Shown piece by piece: positions 41,327 through 52,932 of a stretch of DNA of 64,000 nucleotides. Source of the stretch: Neocallimastix sp. 'constans'. Taxonomy: Eukaryota. The notes beneath the pieces are model-generated. The model worked only from the letters and a program-made list of their open reading frames with translations, did not search any database and had not been told where the DNA came from. Location of the stretch: contig JBODTK010000103.1 of the NCBI GenBank assembly GCA_050613775.1, positions 372,001 to 436,000 on the forward strand, read 5' to 3'. The translations under genes were made by a program, and so were the position numbers. Positions within the stretch are counted from its first letter, which is position 1, and the number at the start of each line of letters is the position of its first letter.

Positions 41327-43999
41327 TTTTGTCAATTTCTTTTATTAATTTTAATTTTTGGTTTGTTTATTGATTTGTTTTATCTTGTTTTTTTATTTAA
41401 TTTTATTTTTATTTCCTTTTTTAATTTTTTTTTTCTAGTAATAATTTTATATTAACTAATTTTTTTTATTACTTTTACTCTTTCATTATTTTTTAAAATA
41501 ATAATAAAAAAATTTATTTGAATTTTAAGAAATTTTTGGTTCCTTTTTGGTTCCTTTTTGGTTCTTTTATATTATTAATGATTATTAATATATAATAAAT
41601 ATTTTAAAATAGTATTATTATATATTTATACAATAATATATATAATGAAATATTGTCATACATAATCTTTAATAAATTATTTTTTATTTATTTATTTAAA
41701 TATTTGATTGATTTTTATATAAATTAAAAAAAATTTTTTTTTTTTTTGATTTTTAATGATTTAGCCTTATTTTAATTAATTATTAAAAATTAATTATAAT
41801 TAGATAAGATAATAAATACATTTCATTATAAAAATATTTTAAATATTATTAATGAAATAGTCAGAAATAAATTATTATTTATAATTACTATTATTATAAA
41901 CACTAATTACTATTTCCAAAAGATTAGTTTATGCTTATTTCTTTTTTTTTATATAAAGGAATAATTCATTAATTTATTTAGTTTATAATTAGTTAATATA
42001 ATATATATAATTATATAATTGTTTCAAAAAAAAAAAAAAAAAAAAAAAAAAGAAATAAAGGTAAAATGGATTGGCTATTCAATTTAAATTATTCTTATAT
42101 TCAAATATTTTAAAATAAAATAAAATAAAAAATAATACATTCAAAAAGAACGTTTTTTTTTTTTTTTTTTTTTTCATGTTTTGTTAATGTATATCTCATA
42201 AATAAACAATATATAAAAAGTTTATTGTTTCTAAAAATTATATATGTAGTACAAACTTCATGGCTATAAATTTCTTCTTTTTAAAAAAAAAAATTAATGT
42301 ATTATTATATTTATTTATATATTATTTATATATTATTTATTATTTATTTATTTATATATTATATATTATTTATTATATTTATTTATATATTATTTATTAA
42401 TTATTATTTATTACTCAATAATTATTAATAATAAATCTACAAAATATTAAAGATATATATTATATTTTTATATCATGATTTTAAATTAATTTATATTATA
42501 AATAATAATATATATATTAATAATAAAAATGAAAAAGATTTTAAATCTTTTAATTTACAGTTTTTTTTTTTTTTTTTTTTTTTTTTTCCTATTGTTAAAT
42601 TATTATTTTATTAAATTATAATTATATTATTATATTGGAATAATATATAATTATGTATTGAATACTTTTCTGTCAATCAATAATTTTTTTTTTACTTCCG
42701 ATTTATACTGCCCTTATTTTCAGCCCCCTAAGACATGGGAATATTTGAGGTAGTCACAACACTTCCATACGCTTTCACATAGACATAAATAAAAACAAAA
42801 TTATTTATATATATTGAATGCTAATCTGTCAACCTACTATAGAAATAAATTATGACCAATAAAATTCATTTAATTTCTTTTTAAAAAATTAATAATAAAG
42901 AATTAAAAAATTAAAATAAAAAAAATTTTTTTAATGGCATAATGAAAGCCAAAAAAAATTTTAACAGTTTTTAAGATCAGTAGATGTCATCCTTAAGATT
43001 CCATAATGATAAAAACGTAGCATAATATCATAACTCATTTCTCTATTGACTAAGCTTACGCTAAAAAAAAAAAAAAAAAGAAAAAAAAAAAAAGAAAGAA
43101 ATAGAATATATATATATATTATTTTAGAAAAAATTTTCAATTGAAAAGGGAAAAAAAAGATAATTTTAGAAAAATTCAATTGTAAAAAAAAAAAAAAAGT
43201 TCGATTTAGTCTCAAGGGGGATAGTAATTAAAAATCCAATTGGTAATGTTTAAAAAAGAAAAATTATAATTATTAATATAGTTTATTTTATTCCTTGACT
43301 CCAACAAAAGGAATTTCCTTATAATTTATATTAAATTTCTATTATTAAAGATTCTTTTATAAATAACCATGTAAAAAATATTTAGTTGAATACTTTTTTG
43401 TTTGTTTGTTTACCTTTTAGACCAATTAAAAAATAATATATTTTATTATGGAGATATATAAAATAATGAAATATATATTTATATATTATAATTTATATAT
43501 ATTATATAAATTATAAAATAATATTTGATAAACATAATAAATATAGTAAAAAATACATAAAATTAATATATTTATTAATATTATATTAAATTAATATATT
43601 AAATAAAAAAAAATACTTAATATATTATTTAATTTCAAAAATAAATAAAAAATGAATATAATTATGATAAATATAATAATTAAAATGAATAAAATTATGT
43701 TATCTTTAATTTTGTATATATTGCTTAAAGAAGGTTTTGTTTTCTTTAAAAAACAATATAGTTTTTAATAAATATTTATAATGGTTTTTAATATTATAAA
43801 TATTATTTTAATTTCTTTTGTTATTTATAAAAGTAATAAATAAAAAATAAATTTCTATTTGAAAAAAAAAAAAAAAAAAAAAATAAGATATACTTTTTTT
43901 TTTTTTTTTTTTTTAATTATTATTTGATTTTAATTGTTTTTGCATTATTTGATTATGTGTTTGATTTAATTTTTAATTTTGATTTTTTTTTTTTTTTAA

Positions 44000-44205
44000 C
44001 TACCGCGTTTTGCTAATGATTTTATTTTTCTCTCTTTATATATATCTGTATATATTTACTGCGTTTTGTTAATGATTTTATTTTTCTCTCTTTATATATA
44101 TCTGTAAATATTTACTGCGTTTTGCTAATGATTTTATTTTTCTCTCTTTATATATATCTATATATATTTACTGCGTTTTGTTAATGAATTTATTTTTCTC
44201 TTTCT
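44000..44205. repeat. Minisatellite, ~55-bp unit x ~3.5
   Basis: tactgcgttttgctaatgattttatttttctctctttatatatatctgta... repeated in tandem, downstream of CE4 paralog 4. Confidence 0.88.
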
Positions 44206-44446
44206 TTTTTTTTTTTTTTAATTTATTTTTTTTTTCTTTTCTTTCATTTTCTTTTATATTTATATTTATTTTTTTTTCTTTCTTTTTCTTCTTCTTCATT
44301 TTGCGTATCCGTTTATTTGTGTGTATATGTTCTTTTTTTTTTTTTTTTCTTAATATATTTATTGATTTAATCACTTTCATAAAAAAAAAAAATCCAATAT
44401 ATGGTATAATAACCTCCAGAAGAATAATTCAGTTTTTTAATTTAAA

Positions 44447-44477
<31 letters not shown>

Positions 44478-44546
44478 GTGAGAGAGAGAGAAATAATTTA
44501 AAAAAAAAAAAAAAAGATAATAAAATTAAAATAAAATAAAAAATAA

Positions 44547-45879
44547 TTAATTTATTATTATTAGTATAATAGAAAATATGCAAAGCATAGCTATGGATAA
44601 GAAAGACATTGGTTTTGTAGAAATAATGGATGATGAATCTAAATTTTGACTTATTGGATCATCTATAAAATTTAATGGTGAATCAATATCATCATAGTCA
44701 GTATTATTGACACTAATATTGTCATTGATATTGTTATTATCATAGTCATTGATATTTTCATTGACATTGTTATTGTCATAGTCATCGATATTATCATTAT
44801 CATTGATACTGTCATTGACATTAATATTGTCATTGATATTGATATTGTTATTGTTATCTTCATTATTTTCATTTTCTCGTGCCATATAAACATCAGAATC
44901 GCCATCAATTATAGTACCATTTTCAAAAATGACTGCTGATAAATCATTATCTACATTTTTATCATCAATATAGGTTCTACCTGAAGTGTACATACCATCC
45001 TTATCTCCTAGACATTCCGCAACAGTAACGAAACGATAACCTTTTTCTTTCATTCCACTTTTTTCAATAATCCATGGTGCAATTTCATTAACAGTATAAT
45101 TTTGTGAATCATGCATAAGAATAAGATAATTGTCTCTTTCTTCAGCAAAGCTTTTCTTTAAAAAATCAATAGAATCTTCCACTCTTTGCTCAATTGAACC
45201 TGAAGTTTCAAGATCCCAATCATTGGTATCAGTATCCCATTGAATAAGTTGATAGCCCCATTTCTCAAGATTTGCTTGACATTTTTCATTGCAATGACCT
45301 TTTGGAGCACGGAAATAACGTGGACGATCCCCGGTAATATCTTCAATGAAATCATCCATATCCACTAAAGATTTTCTAAATTCATCGTTATCATCAGAAA
45401 TTTTATGACTGTACGTATGAGAAGCTATTTGAAATCCATGATCGTGAGCTTTTTTCATAGCCTCTTGATATTCTGAAACATCTTCTGCATAGGGATAATG
45501 TAATTTAGCAACATGGAAGAATGAAATCTTTACATCTTGTTTACTAATCATGTAATCAATTAAATCATTCGTATATCTATGTGGACCATCATCAAACTAT
45601 TATTTTTAATAAAATAAAAAGAAATAATAATAATAACAATAATAATAATATATATATAAATAAAAAGCAAATTAGAAAATGTTTACAATATTATAAAAAA
45701 ATTATATATATATATATAATTTAAATCAATATTTAATATATAATATACATAATACATTATGGAAACTTTACAGTTAAAGCTATAGTTTTTGGTTCTGTAC
45801 ATGAATATATAAATTTAGTTTTTACGAAATTAGTAAAAGAAATAATTAAAATTATCTCTATAAAAGTTAAATATATCAT
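44547..45879 (-). CDS. Secreted CE4 polysaccharide/chitin deacetylase, paralog 4, 2 exons (~385 aa), with Asn/Asp-rich stalk and probable GPI anchor
   Basis: Exon 1 45879-45772 (MIYLTFIEIILIISFTNFVKTKFIYSCTEPKTIALT); phase-0 intron 45771-45597 (GTAAAG...TAG); exon 2 45596-44547 starting FDDGPH. Motifs HTYSH, FRAPKG, DTNDW, LMHD; C-terminal NLDSSS plus hydrophobic tail. Confidence 0.92.
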
Positions 45880-46118
45880 TTTTTTTATTATTATTCTTAG
45901 ATATATATATTTAAAAAAATTTAACTCTTTTTTTTTTTTTTTTTATTTAACTTCTATTAATTTTTGTTTTCTTTTAGTATTTTAAATTTATTTATTTTGT
46001 ATTATTTTACTTTTTAAAATACAAATATATAATTTATTTCCATTTATTTTATTTCTTTTTTTTTTTTTTTTTTTTTTTTTTTTGTGTTTTTCTTTTTATT
46101 ATTTTTTTTTTTTTTATT

Positions 46119-46149
<31 letters not shown>

Positions 46150-47807
46150 TAGTAAAATATTTCATTTTATATAGGTTTGGTATTAAATTCTAAACATATG
46201 TTAAGATTCTATATATATAATATTAAAAATGATTATTATAATATAATAAATAGAGTTAAGAGAATATAGAATATTAATTTGTTAACTTGATTTTAATATC
46301 CAACCTATTAACTTTATGAAACATCCATAAAAAAAAAGAAAAAATAAAAAAAAAGAAATTTAATTTAAAAATATATTAAAGATTTTTTTTTTTATTTGAA
46401 GAATGATAAATATATCATTCAATAATTAATTTTAATATTTGTATTTGATTTTTTAATCGAAGGTTAAAAAAAAAAAAAAAAAAAAAATAAGAAAATAAAA
46501 AAAAAAAGAAATAAAGTAAATGGAAAAAAATTATATATCGTAACTAATAATTATTCATAACTCATAATTTATATTCTTTCCTTGCTTTTTTTTTTTTTCA
46601 CAAACTAAAATAAATGTGAATATTATATTTTTTTTTCTATTTTCTTATTATTTACTTATTTTTTTACCATAAAATAATTAGTCGTAATAATAATTATAAT
46701 AGGAATAATACAAAAAATTCATGAATATATTAAATAAGATAAAATAATATTTTCTTTTTAAATAAATTAAAGTTTAAAAAAAAAAAACACTTTTTATTAA
46801 ACAAATTTTTTAAAAAATTATTAAAGATTTAAAAAAAAAAAAAAAATTAAAATAAAAATTAATAATTAAATTTTATAAAATTAAAAATTAAAATTAAAAT
46901 TAAAATTAAAGTAGTTTATAGTAGTATTCAATTATTAAATTCATTTTCATTCTTTTATATATATATCTTTTACTTTTATATTATTATATTAAAAAATTGT
47001 ATTTAATAATGTAAAATAAAATAAATATACTATAGAATAAGAATAGAAATAAGAATATTTAATCATTTAATTAAGATAGTTGTTAATTAAATCTTTTATT
47101 TAATTTCTTTATTATTAAATAAAAAAATTTTATATATGCCTTTATAAAAAAAAAAATTTCTTAAAATATTTAATTACTATATAATGAAGAAATAGAAAAA
47201 AAAAACATATATATGTATAAATATATATGTAAAATTAATAATTTTTACAATGATTTTTTTATTTTTCTATTTCTGTTTTTGTGTTAGTTTTTGTTTTTTG
47301 TTTTTTATATAATAATGATAATTGATATATTGTATATAAACAATCATCTCTGCAATAAATGTATATCTAATAAAATTATAATACTTTATCCTTTTTTTTC
47401 TATAATTACAAAAAAATTTATATTTATTCAATTATTTATTATTTATTATTTATTATTTATTATTTAATTATTTATTATTTATTATTTATTATTTATTAGT
47501 TATTAGTTATTATTTATTATTTATTATTTATTATTTATTATTATTTATTATTTATTATTTATTATTTATTATTTATTATTTATTATTTATTATTATTTAG
47601 TATTTAGTATTTATTATTTATAATTATTATATTTATTTATATATAATTTATTTTAGTTATTATTTATTCTATTATTAATTAATTATTATATATTTATAGT
47701 TTATTAATTATTTAACAACCTTTAACTTTTTATTTCCATAAATTTACTTCATATATTAAAATGAGAGTATTACCAAATATGGAATTATTAATTTATTATA
47801 AACAAAC

Positions 47808-48087
47808 TGTTAGAAATTAAGTTTAATATTCCACAAATCTTAATATAATTAATTTAATAATAACTTAATTTTATTATATTTATAGGATAAAAATAATTTA
47901 ATAATAAATGTGATTTAATATTAATATTTAATATTAGAAAATAAATAAGTGAATAGAATAAAGTTTTAAAGGATTAGGAGATAAATATAAATTTAATGAA
48001 TGAAAAATAATAAAAAATAAATAATGTTGAAAAGTGTAAAAAATTAATTAATATATATTAATAAATAAAGTGATTATTAAAACAACA
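47808..48087 (+). repeat. 5' LTR (280 bp)
   Basis: Identical by eye to the 3' LTR except a single-T indel (tatttatagg vs tattttatagg). Confidence 0.95.
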
Positions 48088-48109
48088 GATTAAGAGTCTC
48101 AAGCGCTCT
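48088..48109 (+). promoter_or_regulatory. Primer-binding site, complementary to the anticodon arm / 5' half of tRNA-Lys(CUU)
   Basis: GATTAAGAGTCTCAAGCGCTCT directly follows the LTR. Its reverse complement AGAGCGCTTGAGACTCTTAATC contains TGAGACT-CTT-AATC, the anticodon stem-loop of eukaryotic tRNA-Lys(CUU). There is no TGG start. Confidence 0.75.
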
Positions 48110-48280
48110 TGATTATTAGATAGTTATATATAAATTATTTATTAAATTAGTGAAGTGTTAAAATAAAAAAAAAAAAGATATTATAAATAAATAAAAATAT
48201 CACTTAATAAAATAAAGTTAAAGTGAAGTAATTTTTTATAATATTACTAGATTGAAGTTAAGTCAAATTAACGAACTAAA

Positions 48281-49300
48281 ATGAACAACGAAAGGAACTC
48301 TACAAAGGATATTTTGGATAACTCTAATTTCAAGTTATGGAAACAAGAATTCTACCTTTTGTTAAAGGGAAAGAAATTAGAGGAGTACATTTTAAAAGAA
48401 AAAATTAAAAAAATTCCCGAAAATAAACTAAGTAAAGAACAGAAAAAGAGATTAACTTTAGTAGATGGTACCACTGACACTTACTACGAAGAAAGTGTCA
48501 CAGAAGATATGACTCAGGAAGATTCGTTGGTGAAAGAATATTTAATAAATAGTATATCTAAGGAGTTGGCAGAAAAATTTGATTTTATAACATTAACTGC
48601 CTATGAAATATACAAGTTAATATCAAGTTTGAACGTGAATGATGACAATGACTTGATAGAAGAAATTAAAAACTCATTAGAAAAAGAAAAATATACTCCA
48701 GGAAAGGATGCATCTCTATCTATTTTTATTTCGAATATGAAAACAAAGTTTAGGGAACTGAATGTCTTGAAAGCGTCACCATCAGAACAAGAGAAGATAG
48801 ATTATTTATATAATAGCATACCTGATGATCTTGCTTTAAGATCAAATGCTATCAATTTCGAAGGAAATTTTGATGAGTTCTCGGAATTACTTATCAAAAC
48901 AAATCAAAGACTTATAAAACTTACTGAAAGAAGATTAAAAAGCAGTCTCAATAATAATCAATCTAGCAGTTCTGATAATTTACAAGGTGTAAATGAAGAT
49001 TTATCAAAAAATATTAATACATATCCTAATGGTGCGAAAAATAACGAAAATAACTTTGAATCAAATTTTAATAAAGTACACAAAAATAATAATCACAAAT
49101 ATAATAAAAGAAATTATAATAATAAGAATTATCAATATAATCACAGAAAACAAGATAAAAGTGAGGTAGAATGCTGGAATTGTGGAAAGAAAGGCCATTA
49201 TGCATCTGAATGTAGAAATAAAAATAACAAAAATAATTATAGGAAATTCAATAATAAAGAAGTAAATAAGGGGAGGCATTACATTAAACACAGAAGTTAA
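48281..49300 (+). CDS. gag: Copia Gag (capsid plus CCHC nucleocapsid)
   Basis: ILDNSNFKLWKQEF N-terminus typical of copia Gag; zinc knuckle CWNCGKKGHYASEC. Confidence 0.93.
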   Translation: MNNERNSTKDILDNSNFKLWKQEFYLLLKGKKLEEYILKEKIKKIPENKLSKEQKKRLTLVDGTTDTYYEESVTEDMTQEDSLVKEYLINSISKELAEKFDFITLTAYEIYKLISSLNVNDDNDLIEEIKNSLEKEKYTPGKDASLSIFISNMKTKFRELNVLKASPSEQEKIDYLYNSIPDDLALRSNAINFEGNFDEFSELLIKTNQRLIKLTERRLKSSLNNNQSSSSDNLQGVNEDLSKNINTYPNGAKNNENNFESNFNKVHKNNNHKYNKRNYNNKNYQYNHRKQDKSEVECWNCGKKGHYASECRNKNNKNNYRKFNNKEVNKGRHYIKHRS

Positions 49301-52300
49301 GAAGGAATATAAAGACGAACATATGAACCAATTTTTTGAAGACTATAATGATTCATACTTTGAATCAAATAGTAATTCCTCAATACTTCCCTTCAATAAT
49401 AAAGATTATTTTATCAATAATTTAAATATAAAAGAAAAAAGCATAAACGAAAATAATAAAACTAATGTTAAAATCTTTCCATGGACTTTGGATTCTGGTA
49501 CTACTTATCATATGACTGGTAATTTAGATCTTTTGGAAAATAAAAAATCTTTCAAGAAGAAAATTTTCTTTGCAAATGGAGATTTTATTAACTCGAAGTA
49601 TATCGGTGAATTTTGTGGATATATTAATGATAATAAAATCACATTAAAAAATGTTCTATTTGTCCCAGAATTTAAAAGAAATCTAATGTCAGTTGATTGT
49701 TTAACTGACAATCATTTTAAAATTATATTTTTTAATAATGATAACAAGAACCACGTCTCCATTTATAATAAAAACAATAATAAAGTATGTACTGTATGTT
49801 CAAATAATACTAAGACGTATACTATTTGGACATCAAGGGAGAAAATTACATTTCCAAGTAACAATGGGATATGTAATTACATTGCTGACACAGATAGTGA
49901 AAGTCTTTACCTGTGGCATAAACGTCTTGGCCATTTCAATATTAATCATCTCAGAAACATTCTAACGAAAATAAATACTAAGAAACAATGTGAAATATGT
50001 GCTAAGACCAAATTAAAAAATTTTCCATTCAAACATAACGACAATAGAGCCAGTGAGCCTTTCGAAAGGATACATATGGATACTGTATCTATAAATGATG
50101 AATCTCTTTATGGCAATAAGTGTTTCTTATCTATTTTAGATGATTATTCTAGATTCGGTTGGATAATTTTTCTTAAATCAAAAAGTGAGGTGTTCAACAA
50201 ATTTATTTTATGGTATAATAAAATTAAAAATACTTTCAACACTACCATCAAATTTCTACGAACGGATAATGGAACTGAATTTACCAATAATTATTTTGTA
50301 GATTTTTGTAACAATAATGGTATTTGTCATGAATTTACCATTCCTTATTCACCTCAACAAAACGGCAGAATTGAAAGGCTCCACGATACCTTAATTCCAA
50401 ATGCTCGTGCTATTTTAGAAGAGGCTAAACTTAACCATGTCTTTTGGGAGGATGCTATTGACACTATTAATTATATTCACAATCATATCCCTCATAATGG
50501 TATTAACAATTCTATTCCTTATGAATTGTTATATGACAAAAAAGTTGACTTTTCGAATTTTCGTGTTTTTGGTTGCAAAGTTTTCTTTTACGTTCCAAAG
50601 CAATTTCGTAAAAAGCTTTTAAATTCAGCTCTCCCTGGTATCTTTCTTGGCTATGATTCTAACCCTTCTGCTTATAGGATTTATGATGTTAATAATAATA
50701 AAATTATTCTTTCTCGATCTGTTGTCTTCTTTGAAAACATTCCTGGCAATTGTGCATCTCCAAAATCTCTTCCTGAATTTATAAATTTTACTCCTTATTA
50801 TGAAATCGAGGGAGAAGATTTACTTATTAACGAAGATGGTAATAATGATATCAAAGATTTTAATAACATTAATAATGATAACAATGATAATGATAATGCT
50901 TATGATAATAATAAAGATAATTCAAATAACAATATTAATCAAAATACGAATTCAACTAATTCTAATGCAACTATAAGTGACAATAATAATAATAATGATA
51001 ATAGTTATAAACAAGTTAATAATGGTGTTGAAAACGAAAATGTAGATTACTTTACAAATGACAATGAAAATAATAACAATGAAAATAATAACAATGAAAA
51101 TAAATACAATGAAAATAATAACAAAGATAATAAGTTTAATAAAATTAATAATATCAATGATAATAATCAAAATAATATACATGAAATCAATAACATTATT
51201 GATAAACAGTTGAATTATTCAACAAACGATACAAATAACATCATTAAAAGTAATACTGATATTTCAAATTTCAATAAAAATGAAAATAACTATGTCCCTA
51301 AAAGAAAATTTATAGATGAAACAGAAAAATTGTATAAAAAATTCAAAATAACAAACAACCTGAATTTAAGCAAGTTTGAAGAAAATCAAGAATTAGATCC
51401 GCCACTAAGCTTTAAAGATATATTCGGAAGACAGGATGAAAAAGAATGGCTGAAAGCAGTAGAAGAAGAATTAAATAATATGAAGAATAAAAACGTATAT
51501 ACAATAGTTTCAAATATTCCTAATGGAAAAAATTTAATTTCTAGTAGATGGGTTTTTAGCTACAAAAGAGATGATAGAGGAAATATAATAAAATATAAAG
51601 CAAGATTGGTGGCTCGTGGATTTTCTCAAGTTTATGGAGTAGATTATGAAGAAACTTTTTCGCCCACGTTAAAGCAAGATTCACTGAGAATCATTACTAA
51701 TCTTTCAACTTTTTTCAATTTCGAAATGTACCAATTGGATATTAAAGCAGCATATCTTAATGCTGAAGTTGATGAAGAATTATATATGGAAATTCCTGAC
51801 GGTTTTGAAAATAGAGGTTTTTGGAAATTAAACAAAGCAATTTATGGACTAAAACAAGCCGGAAGGATGTGGAATAATAAAATAAATAATACATTGTTAA
51901 ACTTAAATTTTGTTAGATCTAAAAGTGAACCATGCGTCTATTATAGAAAGGATAATAAAAATAATATCTCATGTATTTTAGCTATATATGTTGACGATAT
52001 TATAATATCAGGAAAGAAAAATGAAATAAATTATATTAAAACAGAAATTAAAAAAATATTTGACCTTAGTGACATTGGACCTGTGGATTTCATAATAGGA
52101 ATAAAATTTATCAAAACAAAATACGGATACATAATGCATCAATTACAATACTTAAATAAAATTTTGGAAAAATTCGAAATTGGAAAATATAACCAAATAT
52201 CAAGTTTAACCTTTATTCAAAATGAAGAATTAAGAAAAAGAAAATTTAACTCAAAAAAATATATGCAAGCTGTGGGTAGTTTACTTTATTTAGCAATGGG

Positions 52301-52919
52301 TACGAGACCGGATATTTTATTCGCTACCAGTAAGGCGTCAAGAAAAAATAAGGATCCAACATATGAAGATTGGATAAATGTTTTAAAAATATTTAGATAT
52401 TTAAAGGGAACAAAATATTATGGATTAAGGTTTACTGATAATATAAATTTAAATGTTTATGTAGATGCAGACTTAGGTGGTGATGAAGAAACTAAAAGGT
52501 CCACTACCGGATTCATAATTAATATGGGAAATACACCTATTTCATGGTATTCAAAGCTTCAACATTGTGTATCGATATCAACTGCAGAAAGTGAATACTA
52601 TAGTCTAAATGAATGTGCTTTGAAATGTATGTGGTTAAAAAATTTCTTAGAAGAATTAAATATAAATACAGGGACAATTAAAATTAGAATAGACAATAAG
52701 GCTGCAATATACAATAGTGAGAATGAAACAATAAATATAAAATCAAGACATATAAGCTTAAGATATCATAAGGTAAGAGAATTAGTAAGCGAAAAGAAAA
52801 TTAAATTAGAATATATAAAATCTGAAAATAATTTAGCGGACGGCCTAACAAAATATCTCAATGGACCTTTACTTAAGAAATTTAGAAAAATAATGCTTTG
52901 TAAATTAATAGGAAATTAA
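49266..52919 (+). CDS. pol: Copia Pol (protease, integrase, reverse transcriptase, RNase H); frame open from 49266, first ATG at 49323, +1 relative to gag
   Basis: PR WTLDSGTTYHM; HHCC LWHKRLGH...CEIC; IN IHMD...RTDNGTEF...PQQNGRIER; RT KARLVARGF, QLDIKAAYLN, YGLKQAGRMWN, YVDD; RH YVDADLGG, STAESEY, IDNKAAI, NLADGLTK. Confidence 0.95.
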   Translation: MRGGITLNTEVKKEYKDEHMNQFFEDYNDSYFESNSNSSILPFNNKDYFINNLNIKEKSINENNKTNVKIFPWTLDSGTTYHMTGNLDLLENKKSFKKKIFFANGDFINSKYIGEFCGYINDNKITLKNVLFVPEFKRNLMSVDCLTDNHFKIIFFNNDNKNHVSIYNKNNNKVCTVCSNNTKTYTIWTSREKITFPSNNGICNYIADTDSESLYLWHKRLGHFNINHLRNILTKINTKKQCEICAKTKLKNFPFKHNDNRASEPFERIHMDTVSINDESLYGNKCFLSILDDYSRFGWIIFLKSKSEVFNKFILWYNKIKNTFNTTIKFLRTDNGTEFTNNYFVDFCNNNGICHEFTIPYSPQQNGRIERLHDTLIPNARAILEEAKLNHVFWEDAIDTINYIHNHIPHNGINNSIPYELLYDKKVDFSNFRVFGCKVFFYVPKQFRKKLLNSALPGIFLGYDSNPSAYRIYDVNNNKIILSRSVVFFENIPGNCASPKSLPEFINFTPYYEIEGEDLLINEDGNNDIKDFNNINNDNNDNDNAYDNNKDNSNNNINQNTNSTNSNATISDNNNNNDNSYKQVNNGVENENVDYFTNDNENNNNENNNNENKYNENNNKDNKFNKINNINDNNQNNIHEINNIIDKQLNYSTNDTNNIIKSNTDISNFNKNENNYVPKRKFIDETEKLYKKFKITNNLNLSKFEENQELDPPLSFKDIFGRQDEKEWLKAVEEELNNMKNKNVYTIVSNIPNGKNLISSRWVFSYKRDDRGNIIKYKARLVARGFSQVYGVDYEETFSPTLKQDSLRIITNLSTFFNFEMYQLDIKAAYLNAEVDEELYMEIPDGFENRGFWKLNKAIYGLKQAGRMWNNKINNTLLNLNFVRSKSEPCVYYRKDNKNNISCILAIYVDDIIISGKKNEINYIKTEIKKIFDLSDIGPVDFIIGIKFIKTKYGYIMHQLQYLNKILEKFEIGKYNQISSLTFIQNEELRKRKFNSKKYMQAVGSLLYLAMGTRPDILFATSKASRKNKDPTYEDWINVLKIFRYLKGTKYYGLRFTDNINLNVYVDADLGGDEETKRSTTGFIINMGNTPISWYSKLQHCVSISTAESEYYSLNECALKCMWLKNFLEELNINTGTIKIRIDNKAAIYNSENETINIKSRHISLRYHKVRELVSEKKIKLEYIKSENNLADGLTKYLNGPLLKKFRKIMLCKLIGN

Positions 52920-52925
52920 ACTTAC

Positions 52926-52932
52926 GAGGGAG
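52926..52932 (+). promoter_or_regulatory. Polypurine tract
   Basis: GAGGGAG immediately 5' of the 3' LTR. Confidence 0.8.

Noticed and set aside
49298..49300. Stop-codon readthrough (Tca2-like) as the gag-pol mechanism
   Set aside because: Pol is not in frame with gag; it is +1, so readthrough alone cannot produce Gag-Pol.
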